The position numbers and the translations under genes are program-made. The notes beneath the pieces were generated by a model, which saw only the letters and a program-made list of their open reading frames with translations, made no database searches and had not been told where the DNA came from. From Fimbriosthenelais zetlandica (lineage: Eukaryota), in contig OZ365116.1 of assembly GCA_977030845.1 (NCBI GenBank), positions 20,274,001 to 20,338,000 of the forward strand: DNA of 64,000 nt, read 5' to 3'. Below, piece by piece: positions 61,907 to 64,000 of the stretch (its first letter is position 1; each line of letters opens with the position of its first letter).

Positions 61907-62306
61907 TTAAAACACAGACAAAGGGATGCTTATAGCATTGGATCCAGTCTTCGCCCGTGTTATATATATCCATAACTAAGAACAATACTTAATGCTTTCT
62001 TTATCTCGATGTAGAATTTCTTAAATTTATTTTTTGTTGTAGATGACTAATATGTGCATCATTTCGATCCAAGTATATTGTGAATAAACCATCTCTAATA
62101 GATTTGATACCTCTACGAAGTTAGTCCCTCGACCTGCCGTATGCCCATTTTCCGGCTCAAATTCTCGGTACCGGTAATCAACATCTCTCGCTTGAGCCAA
62201 GGATAGTTGCTTGAGCCTCGGCCGACTTCTGAGACTACTGTGACTACAGAAAATTTTAATTAAAGACGAAACGTCATTTCATGTTGATTTCATATCGCGA
62301 GGCAGA

Positions 62307-62340
62307 GCTCCCCCTAGCGGAGTGGAGAAGCGCCCTCTGA
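62307..62340 (-). promoter_or_regulatory. Two CTCF-like motifs between PATL1 and the LRMP/KASH5-like gene
   Basis: Minus strand CCGCTAGGGGGAGC (62320-62307) and TCAGAGGGCGC (62340-62330). Confidence 0.45.
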
Positions 62341-63786
62341 ATAATTTCGACCGTGATTGGCTGACGGCCACACGGCTGGCTATAATAAATGAGCATTCAA
62401 CCCACGGTCTTCTACCAGGAAAGCTTGTGAGCTGATTTAGAACATATACCAAACATCTCGCTATAGTTATATTAATTTTTTTTAATCCGAATCGGCCAAT
62501 AAAGGAGGGCCATGGCCCGTTATGGGAAGTCGATAAACATGATCATGCTTGCATGGCTTGGATCACAGACGCAGTGAGTGACTGAGATCCAAGTACGGTA
62601 GGCCTATTATGGGAAATCTGTATCAGTATAGACCTATATTGCAGAATTAAAATGGGAAATCCAAATTTAACATGATTTTCCATGCAAATACGGATCATAA
62701 CACTATGTTTTGGTGTCATTTTCGAAGCAAAAGACGGACAAGATCCGACAAGCTCAAAATATAAACAAACTGATCCCGCGGGAAAATGGAAACGAGGCTG
62801 AGTGACGTCATCGCTGAGTATTATGGGATATGTCAAATGATCCAGGGGCCAGACTCGCGAAAGCACAAAGCACATGTGTTGAGTGCAGTTTTCACACGGA
62901 AATATGCAATTAACGTGCTCAATAAGTAGTGTCACACTTAAAAAACTCGAGAAGATACGAAAGATCAACTTTGCAGCTTTGTTACTGTCAATTTGTAAGT
63001 AGTTATTTGCTTTAATTTTGTCTTTTTCTGTCTTGTGTTGATCATACGCCACCATGTTGGGCGCTTGACCTGAGGCTAAGGTGAAACCCTGAGATTTGAC
63101 AGCATTTTGGAGAGTGAAAACATTCAGTTATCCCACGGAAAGTTACCAAATTTTGATAAGTGGGCACTAGTTTACCTATTGTTAAAAAATATAGTCACTA
63201 TTTCGTTACTTCGGTTACTCCGAGCCAACATTCACAACCTGTTGATTCTGGTAGTGGTACACGAGTTGCTTGGCCTTGCCCGGCCTTACTGAGGCTTAGC
63301 CAAGGGCCAAGGCCAAGGGGGTTTGATCATATTTTTTGGTCATTATTGAAATATTAGCCTATGATATCGTTAGATAAAAGAGCCTATATATAATACAGAC
63401 AATTCTGAATGAAGTATCCTGTAACATTGTAATAGGTCGGGTTCCCACTTCCACTGGTTCTACTTCAATCCAATCATTGTGACCATTGACATTGTGCATT
63501 GTCATTGATCCTTGACCATGGCTTGACCATGTGTCATTTTGTGAAATGCCTACCTTGTTACAATCTGATATAATAATTAGAAATAAGAGAACCGTTTTGA
63601 ATATCATCACTCTGACTTTGTGCCTCATACAATTTTGTGTCCTTAATTAATTAGATCTATATGGATATATATATCTAGACTTATAAACACATTTTGAACA
63701 GGAATTGGACAAAATTTGTTATGTAACATGAATGTTATTCTAATAAGGTCGTATTGTAATTCAGAATAAATTTACAAGTGGCCAGC

Positions 63787-63951
63787 ATGATGGAAGAAGT
63801 TTTCTTCAGCGATGAGAGTAATACCTCTTTAATCACACAAGAGGAATTCTCTGATGCACTCTTCCATAACTGTGATGTAAAGAAAACAGGCCGGGTCAAA
63901 GTGGCATCCCTTATAGAGCTCCTGAAATTCTCTACTGACCACAACCCTGAG
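63787..63951 (+). CDS. First recognisable coding exon of an LRMP/IRAG2-KASH5 family protein (N-terminal EF-hand-like domain); continues beyond the right edge
   Basis: EEFSDALFHNCDVKKTGRVKVASLIELLKFST resembles recalled KASH5 EEQILNSTFEACDPQRTGTVAVAQVLAYLEAVT. Acceptor at 63764/63765, donor GAG|GTAAAT. An upstream coding exon cannot be excluded because the frame is open to the acceptor. Confidence 0.75.
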
Positions 63952-64000
63952 GTAAATTAATGTAGATTTTAAAAAACATGAAAATATATTTGAAAGTACC

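Noticed and set aside
62543-63055. 170-aa minus-strand ORF from caacATGGTGGCG
   Set aside because: No recognisable domain and similar in length to other spurious ORFs here; the start context is better read as a YY1-like promoter motif.
1-64000. CRISPR arrays, rRNA, tRNA, tRNA-derived SINEs, snoRNAs
   Set aside because: No repeat-spacer arrays, no convincing A/B boxes and no C/D boxes with terminal stems were seen by eye; an Infernal/Rfam scan would be needed to exclude small RNAs.

Overview
Eukaryotic (animal) genomic DNA with spliceosomal GT-AG introns. My impression is an invertebrate bilaterian, possibly a mollusc, but that is inference only. No CRISPR, rRNA, tRNA or intact transposase was found. 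I assembled four genes by hand, checking splice phase at every junction. (1) Minus strand, ATG 46247, running off the left edge: exon 1 is SAMD5-like and the five downstream exons include two that are SASH1-like, so one reading frame joins what are two neighbouring genes in vertebrates (530 codons in the window; introns of 26.1 and 14.8 kb). (2) Minus strand, 50706-48058: DEAF1, 7 exons, 483 aa, SAND domain present but no MYND finger. (3) Plus strand, 51121-59214: PATL1/Pat1, 19 exons, 1257 aa, including a skippable 903-nt exon and an RG-rich segment. Its ATG is 414 bp from the DEAF1 ATG, head-to-head, across a promoter that carries a near-consensus DEAF1 binding site. (4) Plus strand, from 63787: first coding exon of an LRMP/IRAG-KASH5 family EF-hand-like protein. 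The long introns hold a candidate alternative first exon, CpG/CRE/E-box clusters, CTCF-like and X-box motifs and small tandem duplications; a PATL1 intron holds a TTAA-type MITE. All homolog sequences and motif consensuses are recalled from memory; no search was run.
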